From positions 1 through 32,411 of the forward strand of contig QHVD01000023.1 of assembly GCA_003222235.1 (NCBI GenBank): a stretch of 32,411 bases of DNA. The letters are read 5' to 3'. Positions 18,172 to 27,812 of this stretch are shown here, one piece after another. The position numbers and the translations under genes are program-made. Every line of letters starts with the position of its first letter. Positions within the stretch are counted from its first letter, which is position 1. Below the pieces are notes generated by a model that had not been told where the DNA came from, ran no database searches, and was given only the letters and a program-made list of their open reading frames with translations. The DNA is from Gemmatimonadota bacterium. Lineage in GTDB: Bacteria; Gemmatimonadota; Gemmatimonadetes; Gemmatimonadales; GWC2-71-9.

Positions 18172-19370
18172 GCGCAGTTCGAACAGCGCGATCTCCGGCG
18201 GCGCGAGCACGCGGATCGGCACGCCCACCACGCCGATGCCGCGGCTCACATACAGCTGGCTCTCGCCCCGCTGAAAGTGCCCCATGACGTACTTCGTGAT
18301 CATACGGCCCGGGGACCACCCGACCACCGGCACGTACAGCTGCCCGCCATGAATGTGCCCGGCGAGGGTGAGCGGGATGCCGCGCGGCACGGCGCTGTCC
18401 CACGCGCCGGGCCGGTGCGCGAGCAGCAGCTTGAACGCCTCCGCCGGCGCCCCACGGAGCGCCGCGTCCACGTCCTCGGCCTGCGGGTCGTCGAACTTCC
18501 AGCTGCGCGGGTCGTCGATCCCGAGCAGCGCGAGGCTCGCGCCCTCACGCTCGACCACGTGGCAGCCGTTCTTCACGAACACCTGCCCCGCGTCCCGGCA
18601 GCCACGGACCACCGCCTCCTCGCCGGTGTAGCGGTCGTGGTTGCCGAGCACCGTCACGACGCCGAGGGGCGCATGGAGGTCGCGGAAGGCGTGCACGTAG
18701 GCCGGGATGTACGAGGGCGAGATGTCGATCATATCGCCCGTTTGCACGATGAGGTCGGGCCCGAGCGCGTTCGACAGCGCCACGATCTCCTGCATCCGGT
18801 CTTGCTCGAGATGGATGCCGGCGTGCAGGTCGGAGAGGTGGAGCACGGTGAGGCGGTCGAGGCCTGCGGGTAGGTCGGGGAAGATCAGGGTGCGGCGCGT
18901 GATCGCGGGAAGCCGGTAGGCGCTCCAGATGCCGTGGACCGAGAGCGTGGCTCCCGCTGCCGCGTATGCGTACGTTGCGCGGGCCAGAAAGCGGCGACGA
19001 GAGAGGAAACGGTGGGGCGGACTGGCGGACGGCCGGTCGGTCGCCGGAGCAACTGACCGCCCGTCCACCAGACCGCCCGTCCGACAAAGTACACCACCAG
19101 CAGCGCGCAGAAGATCCACCCCAGCAGCTGCCACGCGATCCAGGGCCCGAGGTAGGGGATGCGCCCGACGCCCCAAACCGAGCCGAACAGCACGCGGCGG
19201 GCAACGAAGATCCATGGGACGTTGAAGACCGCGAACACGGCGGCGAGCGCGGCACGCCCGAGGCGCGCCCGGCGGGGCCGCGCCGGGTCGGGAAGACGCT
19301 CGCGCAGGTACAGATAGATCAAGATCTGCGGCGCCACGAACAGCAGCAGATAGATTAGTCGCGTGGTCAT
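18100..19370 (-). CDS. Membrane-anchored calcineurin-like metallophosphoesterase (YkuE/YaeI-like), frameshifted near 19005
   Basis: SDLH, TGD, GNHD, LAH, GHIHGGQ, SRGIG. The N-terminal TM region (MTTRLIY...) lies in another frame. Confidence 0.88.
19010..19085. repeat. 8-mer inverted repeat array inside the metallophosphoesterase linker
   Basis: GGCGGACT GGCGGACG facing GACCGCCC GTCCACCA GACCGCCC GTCC. Confidence 0.75.
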
Positions 19371-20624
19371 ACGCTCCATGTCCGTCCTCTGCGCCGGCCT
19401 GGTCGTCGTGCGCGGCGCGCTCGCCGGGCAACAACTCACCCCCACCGAGCGCGCCACGGCGGTGGCCACCATCTGGGCGGAGGCTCGCTACAACTTCGCC
19501 TACTGGGACCGGGTGCGCGCGGACTGGGACTCGGCCCTCGGCGCGAACCTCAAGCTCGCGGCCGAGCCGCAGTCGGATCTCGCCTTCTACCGCCGTCTAC
19601 GGCGCTTGGGTCGCGCCTCGCACGCCCGCCGCTGCGCCTGGAGACGGTCGAGCGCCGCCCGTTCATCCTCGACTATGCCGAAAACGACGAGATGCGCATC
19701 GCGCGCCCCGAGCGGCTCTCGGAGATTCTCGCCGTCCAGGGTGTGCCGGCCGAGACCTGGGTCCGCGACTCGATCCTCCCCGAGATCGCCGCCGCGACCG
19801 CTGCGGACCGCTGGCAGCGCGCGATCCAATGGATGCTCGAAGGGGAGAAGGGCACGCCGCTCCACCTGCTGATCCGGGTCCCCGGCGGCGAGCAGCGCGG
19901 TATCAGCGTCACCCGCAGCGTCTCGCTCAACGACCGCTGGCCGTTCACTCCGCCCGAGCTCGAGCTCGATTCGCTTCCGGGCGGTGTGGCGGTCGTCCGG
20001 GTCAATTCGCTCGCCGACGAGGAGGTCGCGCGGCGCTTCGACCGCGCGTTCCCTGACTTCGCCCGCGTCACTGGCCTGATCCTCGACCTGCGCGCCGCGG
20101 CCGGCGGCAGGAGCGAATTCGGCTATCAGATCCTCGCCCGCCTCGAGGACAAGCCGTTCCTCGCGGCCCGCTGGAAAACGCCCGAATACCGTGCCGCGTT
20201 CCGGGCCTGGCGGATGGCGGACTCCGTTATGACGTGGTACGGCCCGCCTGCCGACACCGTTCGGCCCCGCACCGACCGTCCGACATACACAGGACCCCTC
20301 GCGGTGCTCGCGTCGACGGGCACCGCCGGTGCCGCGGAAGATTTCCTCGTGGCATTCCGCACCTCGGGTCGGGGGATGACCGTCGGCGAGCCGTCGGCCG
20401 GGACTCCTGGCGACGTGGCGCCCATCCAGCTCCCAAAGAGCTGGGCCGTGCAGTTGTCGGTCACACGTCACACGTTCCCCGACGGCACCGAATTTTTCGG
20501 AGCGGGCATCAAACCGGAGATCCCCGTCACGCAGCCGGTGGGCGATTTTCTCGCGGGGAGAGATGCGGTGCTGGAGAGGGCGCGGAAGTATCTCAAGACG
20601 GTAGAGGGCGGTAGAGGGCGGTAG
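19363..20624 (+). CDS. S41 (tail-specific protease) fold protein, frameshifted near 19610
   Basis: Signal peptide, WAEARYNFAY, LILDLR...GG, AAEDF, VGEPSAG, GIKPEI; two frames join near 19610. Confidence 0.82.
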
Positions 20625-20672
20625 AAGACGGTAGAAGTTGCTCCGCCCCTCTACCGTCTTCTACCGTCCTCC
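20595..20672. repeat. Inverted array of 10-bp repeats between convergent genes; possible bidirectional terminator
   Basis: (ARGRCGGTAG)x4 facing (CYTCTACCGT)x2. Confidence 0.85.
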
Positions 20673-21457
20673 AGAGTCTCCCTGAAGAATCGAACCACCG
20701 CGCTCCAGGCCGAGTCCGCCACCTCCGGCTTCTCGCGCGTGCGCAGGAAGCCGTGCCCGACGCCGGGGTAGACGGTGTACCGGTAGGCCTTGCCGTACTG
20801 CCTCACCGCCGCGGCGACGTCCGCGAGCCCCGCGTCTATGCGCGCGTCGTTCTCGGCGTACACGCCCAGCCCGCTGGCGCGCACCCGGGCGATGGCCGAT
20901 GCGTCGGGGCCCGGCCCGTAGCACACGACGAACGCCCGGAGCGATGCGTTATTCGTCGCGTAGCGGAAGCTCTGGCCCCCGCCCCAGCAGAATCCGATCA
21001 CGCCGATCCGATCGCGGCGCACGGCCTTCAGCGTCTTGAGGTACCCAACCGTCGCGTCGACATCCATCGTCACCGTGTCGGGATTGAGGCCGCCGATGAG
21101 CTTCCGCGCCGAATCCGTAGACGCGGGCGTGCCACCGCGGCGTGACAGCAGGTCGGGCGCCAGGGCGACGAAGCCCTCCCGCGCCAACTGCTCCGTCGTC
21201 TGGCGGATGAAGTCGGACATCCCGAAAATCTCGTGGATCACGACCACCCCCGGCGCCCGATCCGCGCGTTCCGGGTAGGCGAGATACGCGGTGATCGTGT
21301 CTCGCCCGGAGAGGTATTTCACGTACTCGGCGTGAATATCGGCGGACGGGCGGTCAGGCGGTCGGGCGGACAGCAGCACCGCCGCCGCGGCCAGCATCGC
21401 GCCCACGCAGAAACCGACCGCCAGACCGCCCGTCCACCAGTCCGCCCTACTTGCCAT
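20651..21457 (-). CDS. Dienelactone hydrolase family protein, probably exported
   Basis: VIHEIFG, APDLLSR, IGFCWGG (Cys nucleophile), END, YPGVGHGF. Confidence 0.92.
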   Translation of the reverse strand: MASRADWWTGGLAVGFCVGAMLAAAAVLLSARPPDRPSADIHAEYVKYLSGRDTITAYLAYPERADRAPGVVVIHEIFGMSDFIRQTTEQLAREGFVALAPDLLSRRGGTPASTDSARKLIGGLNPDTVTMDVDATVGYLKTLKAVRRDRIGVIGFCWGGGQSFRYATNNASLRAFVVCYGPGPDASAIARVRASGLGVYAENDARIDAGLADVAAAVRQYGKAYRYTVYPGVGHGFLRTREKPEVADSAWSAVVRFFRETLEDGRRR

Positions 21458-22562
21458 ACTTCACCCTCCAGATCCGTCCCCCCGAGTCATCGCTGATCAA
21501 CAACGCGCCATCCGCCGCTACGACCAGCCCGACCGGCCGACCCCAGCGCGAGCCGTCCGGCAGCTGCCACCCGGTGACGAAGTCCTCAACGGAGACCGGG
21601 CGCCCGTTCTGCACCCGTACCCGCACGACCTTCGCGCCCGTCGGGACGCTGCGGTTCCACGAGCCGTGATAGGTCATGAAGGCATCGCCCTGGTATTCAG
21701 CCGGAAACTGCGTGCCCGTGTAGAACGCGAGCCCGAGCGGCGCCGAGTGCGCCTGGACCGCGAGGGCCGGCGGCTCGACGCCGGAGCAGTTGAACCCCGC
21801 GTACTCGGGATTCGGCCGGCCCGGGAGGTAGCACTGTGGCCAGCCGTACCATTTGCCGTCCTTGAGAATGTTCAGGTGCTCGGGCGGGACATCATCCCCA
21901 AGGTTGTCGCGGTCGTTGTTGTTGGCCCAGAGCTCCGCGGTGGCCGGATTGAAGGCGAGGCCCACCGAGTTGCGCAGCCCGGTCGCGAACGTGTGCGGCG
22001 CGGTGCCGTCGAGGTGGTAGCGTGTGACCGCCGCCCGGGGGGGCGGATCGTCGCACACGTTGCAGGAGGAGCCCACGGCGACGTAGAGCAGGTTGTCGGG
22101 TCCGAACACGACGGTCCGCGTGGTGTGCCCGCCGCCCGGAAGGTTGGAGACGAGCGTGACGGGACCCGCGGCCCCGGGATCGAGCCGCTTCACCGAGGTC
22201 TCTTCGGCGAAGTACATCGTGTCGCCGCGGAACGCGAGACCGAAGGGGCCGTCGAGGCCGCTCAGGACAGTGGTCCCGGAATCGGCGACTCCATCGCCGT
22301 TCGAATCCACGAGACGGACGATCCTCCCGCCGCCCGATAGCGTGGCGAAGACCGCGCCGCCGGGGCCGAGCGCGAGCGAGCGGACCCCGTTCTGCCCATC
22401 TGCGAAGATGTTGACCGTGAAGCCCGTCGGCACCTGCAACGAGTGCCCGGCGATGGGGATCGTGTCTTGGGCGCCGGGAGAGGTCGAAATGGTCGGGCTC
22501 TGCCCGGCCGGTCCCGGCCGGCAGGCGAGCACGACGAGGGCGAGCACGAGTGGTCGGTCCAT
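21447..22562 (-). CDS. PQQ-dependent sugar/sorbosone dehydrogenase family lipoprotein
   Basis: Lipobox VLAC, GGGHTTR, GSSCNVC, TGLRNSVG, YGWP, AHSAPLG, HGSWNR, GRPVG. Confidence 0.9.
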   Translation of the reverse strand: MDRPLVLALVVLACRPGPAGQSPTISTSPGAQDTIPIAGHSLQVPTGFTVNIFADGQNGVRSLALGPGGAVFATLSGGGRIVRLVDSNGDGVADSGTTVLSGLDGPFGLAFRGDTMYFAEETSVKRLDPGAAGPVTLVSNLPGGGHTTRTVVFGPDNLLYVAVGSSCNVCDDPPPRAAVTRYHLDGTAPHTFATGLRNSVGLAFNPATAELWANNNDRDNLGDDVPPEHLNILKDGKWYGWPQCYLPGRPNPEYAGFNCSGVEPPALAVQAHSAPLGLAFYTGTQFPAEYQGDAFMTYHGSWNRSVPTGAKVVRVRVQNGRPVSVEDFVTGWQLPDGSRWGRPVGLVVAADGALLISDDSGGRIWRVKYGK

Positions 22563-22583
22563 GGGATACCTCCTCGAGGCTCG

Positions 22584-24221
22584 CTACCCCGATCGATGCC
22601 GGACGTTCGCGCGCAACAGCAAAGCCCCGTCCGGATCGATGCGAACGTCGGCCGGCGCACCCGGCAGGTCCAGCGTCGTGATCATTTCGCGCCCGACCAC
22701 GCTGACCCTGCGCCGGGTCACGGAGCCGTCGAAGCCCGGGAAATCGACCGCGACGCGCGGCAGCCGGAACACGCCCCAGGACGCCGGCTGCGCCTGCGTG
22801 AGCTTGAGGGTGACGCGCTTCGCTCCGGAATCGTAGCTCCAGGAGCATTCGAGCTGAGGGTAGCCGGGCTGGTAGAGCCATTGCCGGAAGAACCAATCGA
22901 GGTCCTGCTTCGACGCCTTCTCCATGACGCGCTCGAAGTCCGCGGAGAGAGCCGTCGAGTCGCGACGGCCGCCGTAGTAGTCGCGGATGCCGCGGAAAAA
23001 CGCCGAGTCACCCACGAGTCCCCGCAGCATATGCAGCACCCAGGACCCCTTCTGGTAATTATTGGCGTTGAGGAGCTTCATGAGGTCGTGCTCGGCCGTG
23101 TCGATGATCGCCCGGTCCACCACGTTCGACCTGAAGTAGCTCTCCGCGTTCGCCCCCATGCCGGTGCGGAGCACCGAATCGCCGTCCAGGGTTGCGCCGA
23201 TCACCAGGTCGAAGTAGCTCGCGAAGCCCTCCGAGAGCCAGAGGTGGTGCCAGTCGCGCTCCGTGACGGCGTCGCCGAACCACTGGTGGGCGGTCTCATG
23301 CCGCACCACTCCTTCCCCCATCCGCCGCTCCACGTACGGCTTTTCGGCGTAGAAGATGGCGCTCGCGTTCTCCATCCCGCCGAACCTGGTCGAGGACTCG
23401 ACGTGGGCGAGCTTCTCGTACGGGAACGGTCCGACGAGCCGCTCCATCACCTCGACGATCTCCGTCGCGCGGCGGAACGGGACGGAATCAGCGTAGGCGG
23501 AGTCTTCGGGGTAGGCCCACACTTCGATCGGAATCCCGCTGCGCGTGGGACGATGACGGCTGACGGAAAAATCCGCCGCTCCCAAGACCATCGTGTACGT
23601 CGGGATGGGATGGTCCTCCGACCACTGCCAGAACCCGATGCCTCTGCCGGCGTCCGGATGGTCCAGGGGCGCACCGTTGGCTACCACCTTCCATCCGGTA
23701 GGGGCGTCGACGATGAACCCGACGGCGGCTTTCTTCCCCGGTTCATCGACGGTGGGGAGCCAGTACCGGGCGCGCTCCGGCCAATTGTCCGCGAACACGG
23801 TACGGTGTCCGTGGGCGTTGTTGCGCCAGACGAGACCATCTCGCGGCACGCCGTGATAATGGATACGAACGCGTCGGAACAGATGTGTATCGTGGTCGAG
23901 CGGCACTCGAAGTATTCGACCGTCATAATCGACCGGGATCCGAGGACCTCGGCTGTCTATTCCCTGGGCATAGATTGAATCGACGGTGAGCCCGACCAGA
24001 TCCAGGCGCAGAACGTCAGCCTCCTCCTGGTCGCCCGCGAGGCGCACGTCAACGGTAGCCGTCAGGACGTTCCCAGTATCCGGAAGGATGATCGAAACGC
24101 CGTAGGACCCTGCCCTCGCCTCCCGTTGCTGCGCGGCGACGGGAACCGGAAGCGCGACGAGCGCCGCAACCATGCCGGCCGTGGCCGCCCGCGGCCGCCC
24201 TTTACCGCCCGTCCTTCGCAT
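22584..24221 (-). CDS. M1 family zinc aminopeptidase, exported
   Basis: GGMEN, HETAHQWFG (HEXXH), WLSEGFA, YQKG; start uncertain (24221 or 24173). Confidence 0.93.
   Translation of the reverse strand: MRRTGGKGRPRAATAGMVAALVALPVPVAAQQREARAGSYGVSIILPDTGNVLTATVDVRLAGDQEEADVLRLDLVGLTVDSIYAQGIDSRGPRIPVDYDGRILRVPLDHDTHLFRRVRIHYHGVPRDGLVWRNNAHGHRTVFADNWPERARYWLPTVDEPGKKAAVGFIVDAPTGWKVVANGAPLDHPDAGRGIGFWQWSEDHPIPTYTMVLGAADFSVSRHRPTRSGIPIEVWAYPEDSAYADSVPFRRATEIVEVMERLVGPFPYEKLAHVESSTRFGGMENASAIFYAEKPYVERRMGEGVVRHETAHQWFGDAVTERDWHHLWLSEGFASYFDLVIGATLDGDSVLRTGMGANAESYFRSNVVDRAIIDTAEHDLMKLLNANNYQKGSWVLHMLRGLVGDSAFFRGIRDYYGGRRDSTALSADFERVMEKASKQDLDWFFRQWLYQPGYPQLECSWSYDSGAKRVTLKLTQAQPASWGVFRLPRVAVDFPGFDGSVTRRRVSVVGREMITTLDLPGAPADVRIDPDGALLLRANVRHRSG
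24181..24210. repeat. Three degenerate 10-mers at the E1-alpha/M1 junction
   Basis: GTGGCCGCCC GCGGCCGCCC TTTACCGCCC. Confidence 0.6.
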
Positions 24222-25296
24222 ACACGCCATCCAGTGCGCTCTCCGCGGGCGGCATCTTGGCACGGCTCTCGAGCGCTTCCTCGGCGGCCGCCTCGACCTG
24301 CGCCGTCACGTCCGCCTCGACTTGCTCCAGCCGCTGCGCGGGGACGCCCTCTTCCTTCAGGTACTCCTCGTACAGCCCGATCGGGTCGCGCTTCCCCCAC
24401 GTCTTGAAGAGCTCGTCGGAGAACGTTTCGCGGGCCTCGCGCTCGTCGTGGGTCGCGTGGCCGCCCATGCGAAACGTCTCGGCGACTAGCAGCGCGGGGC
24501 CCTGACCGCTGCGGCAGCGCTCGGCAGCGATGCGCGTCGCGGCCCAAGCATCGAGCACGTTGTTGCCGTCGAATTCCGCCCCCCAGATGCCGTACTGCGC
24601 CGGCCAATCCTTGAAGTGCCCCGGCAGGTGGTGCTGGTCGAGCCGGGTTCCGAGGGCCACCTGGTTGTTTTGAAGGATGAAGATGGCGGGAACCTTCTGG
24701 ACGGCGGCGAAGTTCGTCCCCTCGTGCGCCGCCGCCGTCTTGGTCGAGCCGTCGCCGACCCAGGTGAGGGCCACGCGCTTCTCGCCCTTCATCTTGAATG
24801 TGAGGGCGATCCCCGTGATGACGGACACCATGTCGCCCACATGAGAGATCGGCTGCAGCACGCCGTGTCGCCACGAGCCGACGTGCAGGTCGCGCCCGCG
24901 GGACGGCGAGTCGTCGGTTGCGAGGTACGCCCGCAGCATCTCGGCGACGGACATCCCCAGCTCGCAGCACGCGGCGGCATTGCGGATCATCGGCGCCACG
25001 ATGTCGCGGCCCCGATCGAGGGCGTGCACGGGACCGACGGTGGCCGCTTCCTCCCCGCTGCCGAGCCAGGCCTTGGAGATCACGCCGGTCCGGACCCAGC
25101 GCTTCAACTGGATGTCGTGCAGCCGGGCGCGCAGCAGCGCGGCATATAGCTCCAGCTTGCCGTCGGCGCCGAGCGTCGAGGCGATCGCGGCGCGCTCGGG
25201 CGTACCCTCGATCGTGGCGCGGTACGCACGCACCAGGGCCGGCTCCGGCTTCCAGTCGATGTACTCGGGCGGATCGAAGGCGGGGAAACGCTTCAC
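24202..25296 (-). CDS. TPP-dependent 2-oxoacid dehydrogenase E1 alpha subunit
   Basis: GSGEEA, GDG...QNN TPP-binding motif, DGNN, FRMGGHATHD, DPI. Confidence 0.9.
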   Translation of the reverse strand: MKRFPAFDPPEYIDWKPEPALVRAYRATIEGTPERAAIASTLGADGKLELYAALLRARLHDIQLKRWVRTGVISKAWLGSGEEAATVGPVHALDRGRDIVAPMIRNAAACCELGMSVAEMLRAYLATDDSPSRGRDLHVGSWRHGVLQPISHVGDMVSVITGIALTFKMKGEKRVALTWVGDGSTKTAAAHEGTNFAAVQKVPAIFILQNNQVALGTRLDQHHLPGHFKDWPAQYGIWGAEFDGNNVLDAWAATRIAAERCRSGQGPALLVAETFRMGGHATHDEREARETFSDELFKTWGKRDPIGLYEEYLKEEGVPAQRLEQVEADVTAQVEAAAEEALESRAKMPPAESALDGVYAKDGR

Positions 25297-25305
25297 GGGA
25301 TCACC

Positions 25306-26367
25306 TCATTTCAGCTTCTCCCTGAGCCTGGCGAACAGTCCCCCTTCGTACGACAGCGTCAGGGCCTCGGCGAACTCGAGCGCCGTGCCGTAGCGGTCAT
25401 CGGGGTCCGACTCCATGGCCCGGGCGAGGGCCTTCTCGAGGCTCCCCGGGAGCTCTGGGCGGACCTGGCGCAGCGGCGTCGGCCGCCCGCGCAGGCGCGC
25501 GATCATCGTCTCCTGGGCGTTCCGCCCCTGGAACGGCAGCGTTCCGGTGAGCATCTCGAACGCCACGATCCCCAGAGCGTAAATGTCGGAGCGTCCGTCG
25601 AGCGGCTTGCCGCGGATCTGCTCGGGGCTCATGAACTCCGGCGTCCCGAGAATGATCCCGGTGGCCGTGAGCTTCGCGATGGCCGGATCGGCGCGGCGCT
25701 CCTTGGCGAGCCCGAAGTCCATCACCACCGCGCGCTCGCGCCCACCGTCCTCCGGGACGAGCATGATATTCTCGGGTTTCAGGTCGCGGTGCACGATCTG
25801 CAGGTCGTGGGCATGCTGCAGACCCGCGCACACCTGCCGCAGGATTTCGATGCCCCGGTCGGGGGCCATCGGACCACCCCGCGCCTCGCGGTCGGAGAGC
25901 AGCTCGCCCCCGAGGAACGGCATCACGAGGTAGATGAGCCCGCCGTCCGACTCCCCGAGACGCAGGATCCGACACACGTTGGGATGGTCGAGCCGCATCG
26001 CGAGGCCGGCCTCACGCCGCAATCGCTCGACGGAGCTCTTGTCGGTGGCGAGCTTCGGCGACAGCACCTTGATGGCCACCTCTTGCCCGGAGGAGAGCTC
26101 GCGCGCGAGGTAGACGTAGGACATTCCGCCCTCACCGAGCTTCTTCAGCACCTGGTAGCGGGCGTCGATGATCTGGCTCGAGAGGGAGGCGCCGCGGTCG
26201 GGGCCGGGGCCGGGCGGTGGCATCGCGCGGGGGGGGGTGCGGCTCGCCGAGGGGGGGGGCGGGGGCTTGGGCGACTGCACCTCGATGAGCATGGTGCCGT
26301 CGCGGGAACAGAAGCGGGCGGTGTCGGGGTAGACGCCGCCGCACTTCGGGCAACGGCGCTCGGTCAT
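25306..26367 (-). CDS. Hanks-type Ser/Thr protein kinase with N-terminal zinc ribbon and Pro-rich linker
   Basis: CPKC..FCSRDG, LGEGGMSYV, VAIK, HRDLKPEN, DFG, GTPEFMSPEQ, SDIYALG; no TM segment. Confidence 0.95.
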   Translation of the reverse strand: MTERRCPKCGGVYPDTARFCSRDGTMLIEVQSPKPPPPPSASRTPPRAMPPPGPGPDRGASLSSQIIDARYQVLKKLGEGGMSYVYLARELSSGQEVAIKVLSPKLATDKSSVERLRREAGLAMRLDHPNVCRILRLGESDGGLIYLVMPFLGGELLSDREARGGPMAPDRGIEILRQVCAGLQHAHDLQIVHRDLKPENIMLVPEDGGRERAVVMDFGLAKERRADPAIAKLTATGIILGTPEFMSPEQIRGKPLDGRSDIYALGIVAFEMLTGTLPFQGRNAQETMIARLRGRPTPLRQVRPELPGSLEKALARAMESDPDDRYGTALEFAEALTLSYEGGLFARLREKLK

Positions 26368-27806
26368 TGACGCACCACGTTGCGGCCTTCGTTCTTGGCC
26401 CGGTAGAGGGCCTGGTCGGCGAGCGCCACGAAGCTGTCGGCGCTGCTCACGCGGTCGTCGGGGAACGAAGCAAGCCCGATCGAGACGGTGAGGTCGAGCC
26501 GCTCCTCGCCGGGATCCGCGAAGTCGTGCTGCTTGATGCGCCGTCGCAGCCGCTCGGCGAAGATCGCCGCGCCGTGCATCGCCGTCTCCGGCAGCACCAC
26601 CACGAACTCCTCGCCGCCGTAGCGGGCCACGAGATCCACGGACCGCGTCTCCCGCCGCAGGATCTCGCCGACCTGGCGCAGCACCGAGTCCCCCGCGAGA
26701 TGGCCGCGGGTGTCGTTCACCACCTTGAAGTGGTCGATGTCGGCCAGCAGGATCGTCAGGGCCAGATTGTAGCGGCGCGCGCGGTCGAGCTCCGCCCCCA
26801 GCACGTCGGACAGGGCGCGCCGGTTGAGGCAGCCCGTGAGAGCGTCCGTGGCCGCGAGCTTCTCGAGGCGCTTCCTGTCCGAGACCGCCGTCTCGAAGTC
26901 GTATGCCTTCTCGATCGCGGCCACGGCCGTGCGGATCACGGTCTCGGCGAACTCGGCGTCGCCGAGCGTGAGGGCCGGGTCTTCTCCCGTCGTTCGCAGG
27001 AAAAACACGCCGATCTGCCGGTCCTTCATGGAGAACGGCAATGCGACCGCGGAGTGGGTCGCGACGTGAACACCCTCACGCTGCCAGCGCAGCCGCTCCT
27101 GCTCGTACAGCGGATCCCGGCCCACATCCGCGACGAGCACCGGGCGGCCGCTCGCGAGCGCGCCCTGGATCTCGGGGTAGCGCGCCAGCTCGACCTGCAG
27201 GTTGCGGAGCATCGGGTTCTCGTACGCCGCCACCACCAGGCCGAACTGGTCGCCGGGCTTGGCGAGGACCATCGAGCACTTGGAGATCTGGAGCGCGCGG
27301 GCGACGCGCCGCACCAGGATGTGGTAGATCTCGTCGGGCTTGATGGAGTCGGTGACCTCGTGGAGGATTTCCACGAGCGCGCCGCGGCTCTGCGCCTCCT
27401 CCTGAGCCCTGGAGAGCTCCTGGGAGGAGCGCACGTGCGCCTCGACTCGCGCCAGCAGCTCGCGCGCCCGGAACGGCTTGGCGATGAAGTCCGCGGCGCC
27501 CAGGCCCAGCGCCCGGACGGTCGCCCCTTCGACGTCCTGGACCGAGGAGATCATCAGCACCGGCAGGTGGCGGAACCGCTCGTCGGCCTTGATCTTCTGG
27601 AGCAGCTGCAGGCCGTCGACCTGCGGCATCATGATGTCCAGGAGCAGCAGGTGCGGGCGCTCCTCCTCGAGCTTGCTGAGCAGTCCTTCCCCGCCGGGCG
27701 CGACCACCACCTCGTACCCCTCGTGCTTCAGGATCCAGCTGAGCGTGCGGACCAGCGACTGGTCGTCGTCGGCGAGGAGAATCTTGGCTCCCGCGATGCC
27801 GGGCAT
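26364..27806 (-). CDS. REC-GAF-GGDEF diguanylate cyclase
   Basis: ADDD and LLDIMMP receiver motifs, central GAF-like region, DALTG, DIDHFK, RSVD I-site, GGEEF. Confidence 0.93.
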   Translation of the reverse strand: MPGIAGAKILLADDDQSLVRTLSWILKHEGYEVVVAPGGEGLLSKLEEERPHLLLLDIMMPQVDGLQLLQKIKADERFRHLPVLMISSVQDVEGATVRALGLGAADFIAKPFRARELLARVEAHVRSSQELSRAQEEAQSRGALVEILHEVTDSIKPDEIYHILVRRVARALQISKCSMVLAKPGDQFGLVVAAYENPMLRNLQVELARYPEIQGALASGRPVLVADVGRDPLYEQERLRWQREGVHVATHSAVALPFSMKDRQIGVFFLRTTGEDPALTLGDAEFAETVIRTAVAAIEKAYDFETAVSDRKRLEKLAATDALTGCLNRRALSDVLGAELDRARRYNLALTILLADIDHFKVVNDTRGHLAGDSVLRQVGEILRRETRSVDLVARYGGEEFVVVLPETAMHGAAIFAERLRRRIKQHDFADPGEERLDLTVSIGLASFPDDRVSSADSFVALADQALYRAKNEGRNVVRQ

Positions 27807-27812
27807 GTGGTG

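Noticed and set aside
17444-20672. Repeat arrays as CRISPR
   Set aside because: Units are 7-10 bp, contiguous, without unique spacers, and there are no cas genes.
23560-24100. Somewhat lower-GC stretch in the M1 peptidase N-terminal region
   Set aside because: The ORF is continuous with no boundary repeats or mobility genes, and the shift was judged only by eye.
26200-26275. Poly-G runs as phase-variation or G-quadruplex signal (also 13125-13150)
   Set aside because: Explained by in-frame poly-proline linkers; both ORFs are intact.
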